A stretch of DNA of 61,872 bases, counting the filler, from Choristocarpus tenellus KU-1152 (lineage: Eukaryota > Protista > Phaeophyceae), in the NCBI GenBank assembly GCA_964200185.2. It is 9 parts of 9 records of this genome, joined end to end, with 100 filler letters (N's around TTAATTAATTAA, not from the genome) between each part and the next. Parts side by side here need not be neighbours in the genome. Positions count along the whole stretch, not along the records: positions 21,661 to 28,239 come from CAXNAD020007829.1; positions 28,340 to 33,521 come from CAXNAD020011591.1; positions 33,622 to 38,836 come from CAXNAD020011484.1; 6 more parts are not named here. The stretch is one strand, 5' to 3'. The translations under genes were made by a program, and so were the position numbers. Positions 25,179-38,458 of the stretch are shown piece after piece; position 1 is the stretch's first letter; each line of letters opens with the position of its first letter. The notes below the pieces were generated by a model. It was not told the DNA's origin. It saw only the letters and a program-made list of their open reading frames with translations, and did not search any database.

Positions 25179-28072
25179 TCAGTCGCTGAAATCACCATTG
25201 AAGCCCTGAAAGCCACTCAGGAGGAAAATCTGGTGGAATGCCATGTTCTTGAGCTCGGAGCACCAGTTCCATACACTCGTTAGGCGACCATCTATGCAAC
25301 TTCCAGATTCAAAGGCATTATTGCCTCCTGATCCGTTAAACCTATGTTTTGGAGTTGAGGCGAGTGCACAGGGCATGCATAGATTCATATCCAAACATTC
25401 AGTGTGTTTTGTGAGGTGGGGTGTACAGGCATTTGTTGTTTCTAATTTGACTGTAATTCACCTGGTGTTCTGGTAGCATGTGAACATGTGGGCTACACCG
25501 ATGGGTCACACCCTGGAAGTACTTGAACAGGGGGTGGGTGAGAGAAGGAACGAAATTGCTACCTCTTTGCTTCTCCTCTTTGCCTCTTCTACACTAAGCG
25601 AGTTCGATTGTCTCAACACCTTATCAACATCCTTGTTTTTGCTACGAAAATTACCTGCTGTAGGAGAGCAAACTCAATCCAAGCAATGGGTATGTTCTCA
25701 TTGTGATAACACTCTAAACATCTAATTCAAAAGTACCATGGACTCTCGCAAGAAGGAACTTCAGAAAGCGTACTACCAAAATGAATACATTACATGGTCA
25801 TGGCAGGCCTAATCTTCCCTGGAGTACACATCCCAGAGCACTCAATGGAACTTGAGGTTAGGAGTGACCTGGTCTTTGTAAGGCATCGTACAATACTGAT
25901 CTTTCCTCTTGAAATATTGATACATTCTATATACAACCTTTTTACGACAAGAAGACATTCGGCACTAACATAAAACAAGATACATATTCCTGGAGGCTAC
26001 TGTGTGACGGTACTATTCTGAATACGTGTGAGGAATTGATTACCATCAAAATTCTCTCGCAGTAAGAAGACATGCGGGAATTGACCCAGGTAAAGATAAT
26101 TGACAGACTCTAACCACAATATCTGAACCCTACACAACAAGACATTAAAATGGTGATACCTCCATAGCCGTGCAAATACACCTTGGCGTCTTACGGATAC
26201 AAAAATGTACGGGATTCTTTCTCTCAACAAATAGGGTATATTTACGTAACCTCCTTTACGATTGCATTCAGTTTATGATAGCCTTGAGAAATCGGCATGG
26301 CAAACATCACATTATGTCTCAAAAAGACCCCAACCTCTCAGTGATTTCTTGGTTCATATCTTAAGGTTCTTCATGATAAGTATTTGGGCGCTGTAATTTG
26401 ATGCCAGTGGAAATATATGTATATGAGAACGTTTTGGAGTGGAGTGGCAAGGGTGCTAGTGCATTTCTTGACCAACTGGCATTTTCAACCTGAACGTTCT
26501 ATAAGAATCATAGAATGAAAATAGAGCGGAAGATGTACAAGGCTTAGGCCATTTCGACCATATGTGGCGTACGATATCGTTTGCACGACAAAGTGCCAAC
26601 ATTTATGAGAGTGCAGAAACACTCTGATGGTGAGATATTCGGAACCCAAAGATGGCACTAGAATCTTATGGGGATGTGGTGTTGTACAAATGGTCAGTGT
26701 AAATCAAGCAGTACCATGTGACTTGTTGCTCCAAAGCATGCACTTGAGTAGTACAGATGGATTGAACATGTCTTGCTGACCCTCTTACTGGTACTGAGAT
26801 AGAAAAGCAAATATCCAGAGTTGAAAGAAAAATAGAAGTCGTTACCTTGAGTATTATCGTCCTTGCCCTTAAAGGTCAGACCCATATTTTAGGGGCAGCT
26901 TGGGAATGGGCACGGGGAGATGTCAAGGAGAAGAATAAGAAAATTGAGGGGAGGTTAGAAGGCAAATATATCCTTGTTGGCTCAGTGTGATCCAAATGCT
27001 GCTCCATTGGTGAAATAGTCCCTTTCTGTGCTTCATTCCCCACCTGCCAATATTTTCAAGACAAGTCACCTTGATGCATGCACGCACTTCCATCGCTGAT
27101 TTCATCAGCTGTTAATTTGGTAAGCTTACCCTCTGCAGAAGAAGCTTTGGAGTATCTCCTGCTTCAGTGCTCTCTTGCCCCCCCAAGTGGTGGCAATGTA
27201 GTCAATGCACCCGTTCGACCGAGCACCAGCACCATCTTCAAGCGATTCGATGAAGTCAAGGACCTAACATTAGGAGAAATCATACAGAAACCATCGCTTT
27301 TCGGAGGTGTACTCTGAGATCACGATACCTTACGCTGAAGTTGGTTAAGCAATTGTAGGGTCTAAGGCTACCATAGGCATTACGTGCTGTGCTAACATTG
27401 ATCTTGAGGTGAATAGGGTGAAGGGTAAGAATACAGAAAAATAAAGTCTGAGTGATAGAATCCGTGTTTGGGGTTCTAGACCCTCAGTAAAGCTTCAATG
27501 AACAGCACGGTCATCGGTGTTGAAATTCGGCAACGGGGTGTATGCGGGCAAATATCTGGCCTAGGACTGGATAGGTGGCAGACCATGGCCTTCCCATATG
27601 CTTACCGTAGGGACTACGGATAATATGTGTTGTAGTAGTATTCCAACAGTAGGAACGACACTGTGAACTAATTTTAGATGCGAGTCATTGTATAGTAGCA
27701 TCTTGAAAGACAGCAATATGACGGCACTCAATAACATGCTATTGAGAGGGGGTGTGGGTCAAAGTCAGAGTTGACAGTCGTGGGACCATCACAAATGAGA
27801 GTTACTACTAGGGTCAGAAATGGAACACGCCCTACACAGTTCAGAAGAGAGACATAATCAGATATAGAGGATTCAGACAAGTGCTCCAGAGTTCGTCGTA
27901 CCAAATTATCGAAGTATGTAGATTTAGAGTCGGACGGTAAGTGGCTTTGTACACATTGTAAACTGACCTGAAGGATCGGAGTTAACATCTGAGGGATTTG
28001 GGTATACTTTTCCAAGAACACTAGTGCGTTTGGAACACAGTAGTCCCCCAGGTGCACGACGTCTGACCCCAC
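25179..28072 (-). CDS. DUF2009 / UPF0652 family protein, 3' exons 28072-27968, 27263-27130, 25341-25179
   Basis: Phase-consistent splicing gives VGSDVVHLGDYCVPNALVFLEKYTQIPQMLTPILQ|VLDFIE..WGGKRALKQEILQSFFCRG|FNGSGGNNAFESGSCIDGRLTSVWNWCS..IFLLSGFQGFNGDF*. This matches the DUF2009 C-terminal signature as I recall it (HLGD..VPNAL, GSCIDGRLTSAWNWC). Confidence 0.88.
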
Positions 28073-28222
28073 CTGTGTCAGAGATGCCATGAAGTGTTCG
28101 CCGTGTGGTGTGATAATGTGTTTGTCAATGGAATGATGAGTGAGTGGGTAGAGGTTTGAGGTTCAAGTGTGCCTCTTGAATGGCAGTAACCTGTGCTATA
28201 GTTACCCTATGTTTGTGCAGCT

Positions 28223-28239
28223 GGCTCAACGTATCTGGG
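28223..28239. mobile_element. MITE family A terminus at a contig end. Further termini at 33500-33521, 38937-38956 and 42964-42984
   Basis: GG(C/G)TCAA(A/C)GTATCT followed by polyG, or its reverse complement, directly abutting the N spacers. Confidence 0.8.
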
Positions 28240-29229
28240 NNNNNNNNNNNNNNNNNNNNNNNNNNNNNNNNNNNNNNNNNNNNTTAATTAATTAANNNNN
28301 NNNNNNNNNNNNNNNNNNNNNNNNNNNNNNNNNNNNNNNTTGTTGTTCGGCGCCCCCCCCGTCCTTCGCTTCTCGCTGCTCCCGGGTGGTTTTTCGTTTT
28401 GTTTTTTTTTTTTTGGGGGGGGGGGGGGGGGGGAGGTATGCTCTTTTTTTGTTTTTGTGTGTGTGTGTGTGTGTGTGTGCGTTTTAGACGCACGAGGATA
28501 GGGACGGGACTGCTGTGTGTCAAAGAAATTGGTGTTCCCAAGGCTTTTGCGTGCAAATGAGTCGATTAATTGCTTATTATGCAGAACAGGTTGTACATGA
28601 AGTTGTGTAAGGTGTAAGGGAAGGAAAGTGATCTTCGTAACTCAAAGGGGGGTAGTCACCTGACGATTCTCTTGTTCTAATAACACGTCACTCAGTCCAC
28701 GATTAGTTGTTAAATGTTTGTTACTTGCCATGTTACTTGCTACAACATTTCTTTTCTAGGATTTTTCTTGTTGTACTATAATAGTAACCCGGGAAAAGTG
28801 TTTTCGTTGTCACCTGACAAAGGCGTTACACTATCGATTATTCCGTTATTCAAGAATTTCAACCTCAACTTCAAGAATACTTCAACAACTCAATATTTCT
28901 CCCACAGAAGAATATTTTACACGCGAATAAAAGGCACAGTCTTAACACAGGATAGGGACTGCTTTTTATTTTATTTTATTTTGTTTTTTGTTTTTTGTGC
29001 GTTTGAGACGCGCGAGGATAGGGACGGGACTGCTGTGACTTGTCGACCAAAAATCATTGTTCCTGGTTGGATAGGTAGGTAGGTAAGTAGGTAGGTAGGT
29101 ATTATCATTGTTTGTGTCCTAAATAGCATCCATAGTGAGTGCCACTGGGTCTTTTGGGTACACCTTGAAACCATTAAGAAAAAATGTAGATATGAAAAGA
29201 CAATACTTTTTTTTTTTCATTCTGTTGGA

Positions 29230-29311
29230 TTAGGGTTACCCTAACCCTAACCCTAAGTAACTAGAGAGGTTCCGATTACATGTAAAGTTTAGGGTTAGGG
29301 TTAGGGTTAGG
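29230..29311. repeat. Interstitial telomeric repeats in both orientations
   Basis: TTAGGGTTA-(CCCTAA)3, then about 33 bp, then (TTAGGG)4. Confidence 0.85.
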
Positions 29312-29836
29312 GAAGGAGGGCGGTGTGATAATGTGATAGGATTTCTGGAGGTGGGAGGGAAGGGGGTGGCTTGGCAGGATGACAGTAGTCGCAGGTAGGT
29401 TAGCGTGTGGAGGTGGGCGCTACAGTGTTAGGGTTAGGGTTAATATTAACTTTTTGTTTGAATTTATGACTTTCGTAAAAAGTTCATAGTATGCTTGGAG
29501 GTGTTGGTTTATTATTATTACAATTATATTTTTATCATTATGATTTATTACTATTATTATTATTGTTGTTAATGCTGGCAGTTAGTGCAGTGCACTGGAG
29601 TAGTAAGTGGTGTATGGTAAATTTTAAAAAAAGTGTAGTATTTGTCAACAATGACACTACTCTTTATTCAAGGTTTACTTTGAAGGGTACCATTTTTTTT
29701 TAAGGTACATTTTTTCATGTTTGGTACCAGTGACTAGTCATACCGTACATACATAAATAAACATACTAAACATACATACATACAGACATACACACACACA
29801 TACCCTGTTGTACTTGATGATATTCCTCTTTTGCAG

Positions 29837-30131
29837 GGTTGGAGGCAAGCGAAATGGGAATGGTTTGAATGGGTGCTCTAAGAAGAGGAAGGCGGTGTCC
29901 ACGAGGTCATCCATTTTTGCATTTGTGATCACCTTTGTTCTTCCCATTGCAGGGGTTATATACTACATGCTCTTCTTGCATCATGGATTTGGTGACCTGG
30001 CCAATGATGGTGTATTGATGGCAGAGAGTTTTGCGGGTGCAGTAGCAGAGGACGGGATGGCAGAGGTGGCGGGGGAGATAGTGGAGGGGGTTTTGGATGA
30101 GGCATTGGGTGCCATGAATGGTGGTCCCTGA
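29837..30131 (+). CDS. Probable terminal exon of a single-pass membrane protein
   Basis: Strong acceptor ttcctcttttgcag. Basic stretch, TM segment SIFAFVITFVLPIAGVIYYMLFL, acidic tail, stop. Upstream exons not identified. Confidence 0.6.
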
Positions 30132-31721
30132 GGGGAAGGTGTAGAACACATTGCAATTTAATTGCTGGGGTTGTTGATTCTTGCATGCAATGAATTGAAA
30201 GGTAGAGGGCTGTGGGTATGTTTTGAGTGTGCTGTGGAGCTGCTCTGGAGCTGCTCTGGAGCTGTGGTTGTTGGCGTCTTTTCCTGTGGATGACCCCTGC
30301 AGTGAGAAGATGTGTGAGGGTTTTGTTGGTAGACGAGAGGACTGGGGGGAACTGGTAGTGTCTGGTGAATTGTCACCCCCACTGTGTCGAACTTGAGACA
30401 TGATGGTCTAGGGTTAGGGTGTGTTGGCTGCTTTCCTCGCTAGAGTTAGTGAGAGATGATGGTAATGGTGGTTGGTTACCCCCCCTTCCATCTATTGTAT
30501 GATAGGAACAGGCTGCGGAGGAGGAGAGGGGTTGGAGGAGGGAGAGACAAGAAACACACTTATCGATACAATGATCACACCCTATCTTGTGCCCAGCTTT
30601 CAAGAACCGATCTCTAGGTTTCCGGTCACGGAAGCCAATTGGTAGGTTTTGGTATTTCCTTGGCGTTTGCGGCGGTTGATTGGTTAGGGTTATGGCTCGG
30701 GGTGTTTGTTCTGCTAGGATTATCTGTGACCAAAATATTGTCTTCGTAGTAGTAGTGTGACAGTTATCTATGGAGGTTTCATAAACGCCTCTCTATGAAT
30801 TTGTGCTGTAATGTGCTGTTTGACAGAAGAACTTTGCTTGGTTGGGTTCCTGTTGTGGGGCGAATGTCGGTGGGTTTCTCTCTCTCTCTCTCTCTCTCTC
30901 TTTTACTTGGGATTGGTGAAGTGTACCTCTCTGTCCGAGAAGGGTTGGTTCACTGTGGTGTGCAGAATGAAGGGAAGCGAACAGGAACAAACAGGCGATG
31001 CGTGTCGCTTACACGTTTACTTGGGGGTAAGGTCATCATCAGTGCCCTCTTTCCTAAAGCCGATAAGAAGCAGGTATATATATGTGGTAGGTGTTGCCTG
31101 TAATAATAATAATAATAATAATAATGGAAGAAGTGTGACTATCCTTAATGACGTACAAAAAAAAACAAAAATGTAACATAGAGCGACATATATACATATA
31201 TTTTTTCGTAGGTGCGATAGAAAACTAAAATATATAGGTGTAGCATACGCGCGCGCGCACACACCCACACAAGTTTTATTTTTTTAAATTTACCCCCTTA
31301 GTGTCTTGAGTTTTTTTTTTAATTCGGCCGTGAATTTCTCCGATCTCTTGACAAAAAGAATGCTCCGAGAGGGCAGGGAGAGGGTTGTGTGTGTGCGTGT
31401 GTGGTTTAAGGCAAGGACAGGGGCCTGGATCAGATCGCGGAAAGGGGAAGGTGTTCACCAGTTACTAGACACACACACACACACAGTGTTGGGGGAGATC
31501 GAAAAGGTCCAGCACCACAATCAGACCAAGTGGAAAGGGGTAGGGGGGGCGTTGGCTTTGTAGCAAGGAGGTATTTGCGGTCTGGGTCTGCCAGTACAGT
31601 AGGTAGAGTACCTGAATTGATGTACAAAGACATGGCAACAATAAAATATGTAACCGTAAGGTATAATCGCAATTTAGGCCTTCGAAGGAAAGGGATAGGA
31701 AACAGAAGGGGCGTCTAAACT

Positions 31722-32274
31722 GAGCCAAAGTAAACGACCGGTACTCTGTTATTGGTCGTTTTGCGATGTAAGCCAGTTTTGCAACCTTTTGTAGTCCACC
31801 CGATGTATCTATGAACGAAGTGCTAGTAATGTTGAGCTGAGAGGGTTGATTGATTTCTCTGTCGTTTCGGTTTTGAAGCGTTTCGACACAATTCCGATAG
31901 TTTTTTCTATTCGTATAATCTTTTGTAGTCCACCCGATATATCTATGGCCGAAGTGCAAATAATAATGTTGAACTGAGAGGGTTGATTGATTTCTCTGTC
32001 GTTTCGGTTTTGAAACTTTTCGACACAATTCCGATAGTTTTTTCTATTCGTATAATCTTTTGTAGTCCACCCGATGTATCTATGGCCGAAGTGCAAATAA
32101 TGTTGAGCTGAGAGGGTTGATTGATTTCTCTGTCGTTTCGGTTTTGAAACTTTTCGACGCAATTCCGATAGTTTTTTCTATTCGTACATATTATGTTGAT
32201 TCAAATAACCCAAATTTTCCACAACTAACTCTGCTGGGCGTCCTTAAAAAATGTCAACTAGTTTACTTTGACTC
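31722..32274 (+). mobile_element. MITE family C copy with an internal ~135-bp unit triplicated (units start at 31786, 31920, 32057)
   Basis: TIRs GAGCCAAAGTAAAC...GTTTACTTTGACTC, flanked by ACT/ACT. Three near-identical internal units. Confidence 0.88.
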
Positions 32275-33022
32275 ACTACTATGAGCAACCTGTAACCTCA
32301 GTCGCTTTTTTGTCTAGACTTCAATTGTACTACACGCTCAGAGTCACCTATCGGTGAACCCCCCCGGAATTTCTACGACATACGCACGCCATAAAATGAA
32401 TATTGCTGAGTCGGAATTGATAGGGTTAGGGTCCCCACCCTTTCATCGTCAGTAATCTAAGAGAGAGAGAGAGAGATAGAAGCATTGGCGGCAGAGGAGA
32501 ATGAGGCCTTGGACTTTACCTGGTCACCAACCGCTTTGCCTCGACTAATGTTTAAGATACGTAAACCTACCTCTGATCACAGGGTATAAATATATTAACG
32601 AGTCAGAATACAATGAAGGGTGCATGTAGGGCAAGAGAACAAACTCGGGAGAATCGGTTGCCAGATAGGCTTTATCAAGCATCCTCTCTCCCTTTTGCTA
32701 CTTCCAGGCAGCTTTGGTTTTGGCGACAATGTCTCGTTCATTGACGACCCCCTCAGGTATGTGGAATTAAAAAAAAAAAAATCATACGCGCGAAACGAAA
32801 GTGTGCATTTGATTCTCGGAATAATTAATTCGTAGTGGAGATCGTTTGGATATATATATATATATATACAGTACTGTGCAAAACGTTTAGTACAAACGTG
32901 AATTTTTGACTTTCGTACTTGCGAGTCTAGATGGGTCTAGATGATGCCATAGGTTCTCAATGGGATTTAAATCAGGCGACTGTGCAGGCCAATCCATAAA
33001 GGTCGCAGGCCACCGGTCACCT

Positions 33023-33088
33023 TTCAAATAGGCAAAAGGTTCTTTTCAAATAGGCAAAAGGTTCTTTTCAAATAGGCAAAAGGTTCTT
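33023..33088. repeat. 22-bp tandem repeat x3 (TTCAAATAGGCAAAAGGTTCTT)
   Basis: Directly visible. Confidence 0.95.
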
Positions 33089-34630
33089 CTTCACCCTATG
33101 CTTCGGATCGTTGTCCTGTCTGGAACTCCAATTTTGTGCTTGTACTAAACTTTTTTGCACACAGTGCTGCATATAACAAAGGAATCGAATTCAGCAGTGG
33201 GATCAGAAACAAGAGTTACAACAAACAGGTGCCAGGGATTTCAAACTCAAGACTTACAGGGCATGATTAGCCGTGCACGCGATGGGTGTGATTTCATTCC
33301 TCTCAACGATAGGGGAAGGATTGCGGCATTGGTTGTCGAGATGTCGTGTTAACTCTCTCCATCCTTTTTTAGGCAACAACGCCAGTCCGTTCAATTATGT
33401 CTCAAGATGCAGCCTCAAGGGGGGTAGGGTAAAAGCTTAGATTCGTTGAACATGTGAGTCTCAAAGCACGGGAGGAAAGAGATACTGTTGTTTTGTAGTG
33501 GGTCAAAGTATCTCGGGGGGGNNNNNNNNNNNNNNNNNNNNNNNNNNNNNNNNNNNNNNNNNNNNTTAATTAATTAANNNNNNNNNNNNNNNNNNNNNNN
33601 NNNNNNNNNNNNNNNNNNNNNGTGAGAGGATCGGGGGGGGGAGGAAACTTGGGGGGTTTTCCAGCACTTCCACCATTGGAGGCAATGTTTTGGTAGTGGT
33701 TGTCCCCTGGAGGACAGATTGGTGATGTGCTATCTGGGTGCGGACTCAAGATGGGAGAGATTATAATGTGGTCATTGATGCTGAAGAACGTTGAGTGGAA
33801 CAACTTGCAGGAAGGAAAGTAATATGCGTCCTTCGTTATTGATGGTTGGGAGAGAGTTCATGTATATTTGAGCTTTATGGGTGGGTTGTGATATGATGTC
33901 CCACTTCCAATCTACTTTCTTCTGTGACCATCTGTGTTAACTGTGCCATATGACTCTCTGCGTGAAAAGAATTGAAACATTCTTCTCTTTTGGATCTAAC
34001 CGTGTTGAGTAGCAATGGCAGTTGCAATTACTTCAGAGTTAATTTATCATCTTTTGTGTGAAGTTTGTTGACACTTTTCATGAGAAGCTAGATAAGCTCC
34101 TTTTCCTCAGACTCATTTGGGTGTTTTCTTTCTCCTCTATGATGATGGTACTTTCCATTCATATTTCTGTTGTCCTCTGCCGTGCAGGGTAGGTCCACTG
34201 GGTCAGTGATGAGGTATATATGGTGTAATACCTGAAAGAATGTTTAACCCTGTTGGATTCGATGCACCACGAGGAAGACTGAGAAAAGGTTTTCATGGTT
34301 TTCATTACTCTAAAGGGTGGATGGATGGGGGTTCATCCTTCTGATCCATTTCTTGTCTCGAATAATGCCATGGTATTTTTGTTGAAATGTTTCGTTTTTG
34401 ATGGGGAAAAGGTTGTGTTGGTAGGGTCTGCGCACATTAAATGCAAATTGATAACCCCATTGACCCATTCGCAAGGATCAAAGGTCGCAAAGACATATGA
34501 TGATGCTACGATTGTGATTGGGTAGTACATTGTCATAAGAACATGTGTCAGGCACATGACGCATGAACTGCCTCGGACTTGCAAATCCACACATGAGATG
34601 TGAAGAATGCAGTCTCCGCATACTCAGGGT

Positions 34631-37600
34631 TCAAACACGCCTCTTGCTTCCTGCCTCACAAGGTTTGTATTCGTGATCTTTGAGTATCTCGAATTCTCCT
34701 TTTGAATAATGGAATCAAAGTTCTTTTGGTAACCATGGAGCTACACAGGCAGTCCACAGTGCAACCACGAGGTATACTTCGAGTCTAGTGGTCGTGGAAG
34801 GGAAGGCACTAGATCTTTAGTCTTCATCACCAGTTGGCATGATGTTACTGTTGCACAGCAACTACAACTCTGTTCTGTACCATCTTGTTTGTATCCTTGA
34901 CGATGAGCAATAGAATTGGCAACCCAAGTGGCAACATCCTAGTATTGTAGTAGTACAAACAGAGAGACTGACTTCCTTCCAGAAGAGCTGCCACCAGTGC
35001 ATTGTAGGTTGAGACCCACTGTCGGTGTCCTTCATACAATACGACTCAAAATGGAAGAGTCAGATACTACATCACTTCATGCCTTGCACTATGAAGTATT
35101 CTCGAATATGTAATGGTCAACGCATGTTATATCTGCTTGATGTTTTACTTTAGTAGATAACCTCTTTCAATATAGTACACAACTCATGATGAGTGAACCT
35201 TTTCGTTTTCTACCCTTTCTGAGGCCTTGTACAGCCAAGATATATGCGGTTCTCTTTTACTTCCTCAACTGTTGCTGTCCTTTTCTTGTGCCCCCTGGCA
35301 CACCTTGTGGGCATGATACTCTAGCTTGCACAAATACGGAGAAGGTACACATGAATGGATGCCCTTATTCTGAAGTGTCGATCCACAAATTTCGTAGTTT
35401 ACACCAGACTTTAAGATTGGGGTTATATTTTGCACAGGCTGCCCATTAATCCAGAAATCCCTGATTCCATCTCCAATATTGTTCGTTTAGAGGGTGGAGC
35501 GTTATGATGTTGAGATATTTAATGCTAACTGTGTAGGTATCTGGCATATACTCATCAACAGTTTATTGTGTGGTCGTACTGACCACACTAAACTGAACCC
35601 CATCTTGCATCCCGACTTGCACTGCAGCTTGCTTGATTTTGGAGTGCTTACAGCCCACACCAAAAGGTAAGGAGTAGTACTCTTGCCACAAACGACATGC
35701 AAGTCACAATGCAAAACTGTGTCACGCTTCCTCTCCCTTGCTTAACCCCCCCCCTGCACCTTGCATATACGTATTGTACTTGATGCCCTATAGTAGTTCT
35801 GAACATCATCTCCAGGTCCAATATCATAAACTTGGGAAGAATACATAAATAATAAGCTCTGTTTAAACTGCTGTTGCTGAACTGTGCTCACTATCGTACT
35901 CTCTCTCACATAAACCTACTGAGACAGAGAGAAAGAAAACAGATACAAGCGCAAGCAGACTTCTCCTACCAGTGACACAACACGTTTGTGTGTCGGAAGT
36001 GGGCAAAAGACAACCCTTGGGGAATCGTGAGTCATTACAACTGTCTAGGCAGGTTCACATGCACACTGTTCACAAGTACTATTACAATCGAAATTATGGT
36101 ACACACGTTACAATACATGGCACATCCTCTGAGGACACTTGATGTGCCCCCCTAGAGATACACAAATTATCTTCTTGGTGGAGGAATGGAGAACCAGATT
36201 TGGACTCCTCAATTAGTTTTCAAGCAACAAATAATGTCTTAGACTTTCGAGCTGTCAGGAGGTACTGAGGCAGCGTGCCCCATCGACATGTGGAAATACC
36301 TGATGAGTGAGAGCATGGGGGGTGGGGGGCAGCATAGCAGGGATGCGTGTGAACAATTGCTTTGTTATTGCATGTTCTTTATTATTTGCTCTAGATCTTG
36401 GCTCTAAGATTGGGTAATGTTAAGAGATATCCAAGAAGGGGAATATCTATTTACTGTTAGGTAAAAGGGCATCAAGAAATCGCTTTTTTGCATCCTGTTG
36501 TCAGTTGTTCCTGTATGGAAATGTCAACAGTCACCAACAAATAGGAGTACCTGCAAATGCACCCGGTTATTTTTGTACCTTGAGGAAATATAATGAGTTA
36601 TTCTGCACAGTCATAGCAGTAATTAATTTTGCACCTTGAAGTGGTCTACACAAAAAAAAATTGCACCATCCCATAGAGCGCTTGTAGAAGATGGTTGATA
36701 ATTATGATGCCTGTGAAGTGTAAAGGAAAAAGCTCAACACAAGAGGTTAATGAAAGAAGACACTGCCTTAACAAATAATGTGCATATTAATTGGACAGTG
36801 TTTAACTCTGGATGACCCAAAGCTTCATTGCATATTTCTTATGATCTTAGAGGCCTATATTCTTACATGTAACGTAGCAATATATTTTGTCCTCAGCATT
36901 CTATATTGATCTCAATTGAGCAGTCATTGTTGGCAGTCTACCTAACCCTGCATCTCAAACACCCCAACATCTGTTTACAGAGCAATACCGAAGTTGGGGC
37001 CTTAGATGGATAATTTCTGTTATTAAGACACCATATCGGCTGGGTGTCCCTCTCTAGGGTTTCTATGCCCAAATAAGGTTATCCTTCTTCCCTCTGTACC
37101 GATGATGATGATCAGGCACTCCTTTACCTCACAGCCTGAAGAAGTAAAAGCGTAATCAGTTGTTGACGAGTAGAGAAATCCGAAAAACTTTGACAAGAGT
37201 GGTTGTTGATTCCTCAGGTGGACCTACCTTTACTACTGAGAAGGGGAGAGCAAAAGACATATTATTCTACATCAGTTACCCTGCCTTAATTTTTACTGCA
37301 CGCACTTTTGCAAGTCCTCCCGAGTGCTTGGCGTAGGAGAACAGATATCCTTTGAGACAAGCCCTGTTGGTGTAAGTGATCTCGAAGCACTATTTTTGAA
37401 CCCACAAACAGATTCCGCACCACTGATTCCAACACTGGTCCACACACTCCCTTCAAGTTTCAAATCCTTCCAATCGCCACCACCAGAGCAATCACGCTGA
37501 ATGAGGCCGAGGCTATCCGAGTCTTTAGGTTGCCACCCATTTCCTGATCTGTTACTGACACAGGTTGGAGGGTCAGACACTCGCTTTGGTCTGCGGCCTT

Positions 37601-38458
37601 TACCGGATTTCCTCTGGACATGGGGCGAGCATGAGGAAGCTCGAGTGGACTAGTGGGAGACGTGAGTTGGGGCAGAAAGAGTACAAAAGTTTATTGGGAT
37701 TGTTTATGGTCCTTGGGTGGGTTAGTTGAATTGCCATGTGTTAATTGTATTACAGTTTATGGGATGTAATACACAAAAAAACATCCAAGTGGAATTGATG
37801 TTTTGAGTCAATCTAAAGCATTCTTCCTGACCAAAACAATCATATGTGCAGCCAGTTTCAACCTTTCCCGTTACATGCCAATGAGGGGTTGAAGTACATT
37901 TCCATCACACACACTGAGGCATAAGAGTGAAGCGAGAGAGGTCAATGATTCTACAGGTTTTTGGACACTGACATCATCCCTCCTGAAATTACTACATGAA
38001 AGTATATTGATCACATATAATCAAGAAATAACCTTCCCGTATTAAAAACAGCCATCTCTGTTGAGATAACACCTCGATCATCCCCCAAACAGGAGCGTAC
38101 TGATTACCGAACAAAAGTATGTCTAAGAGACGAGGGATATCCTACCACCTCTCCTGGTTCCTTTTTACACCTTTTCTCTGCTTCCCTTTGTCTCTGATTC
38201 TACGGACCTCTTCATGATGTCTAATTGTTCTTGTTATCATCTTGTCCTTTTACCACCAATCTACAGCACACACTCACCTTGCGCCTACCTGTAGGGCTAG
38301 TTGCCGAACTGCCTGCCCTCATCCTAGAGGGAGGAGGGGATATAGACCTGTTAGCTTTGTCGTTCCTGTGGCCTCTTCTTGAGCGAATGAGGCATGGTCC
38401 AGAAGACAATGCCCTCCGCCTAGGGGAAAAACGTGACTGCTTATGGTCAATGTCGACA
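34631..38458 (-). CDS. Uncharacterised multi-exon gene with a Ser/Arg-rich N-terminal part. Best-supported exons 38458-38278 and 37649-37297; further candidate exons near 35830-35790, 35680-35600, 35300-35215, 35030-34880 and 34698-34631
   Basis: The two long exons splice in frame (..SPTGRRK|STRASSCSP..). The downstream candidates have AG/GT ends and open frames (e.g. MHWWQLFWKE, EFEILKDHEYKPCEAGSKRRV*), but the complete chain was not verified. Confidence 0.55.

Noticed and set aside
25243-25476. Tyrosine-recombinase-like tail (..VRWGVQAF..) on the + strand
   Set aside because: Much of this ORF is the antisense of the DUF2009 terminal exon, and the HxxR catalytic motif is absent.
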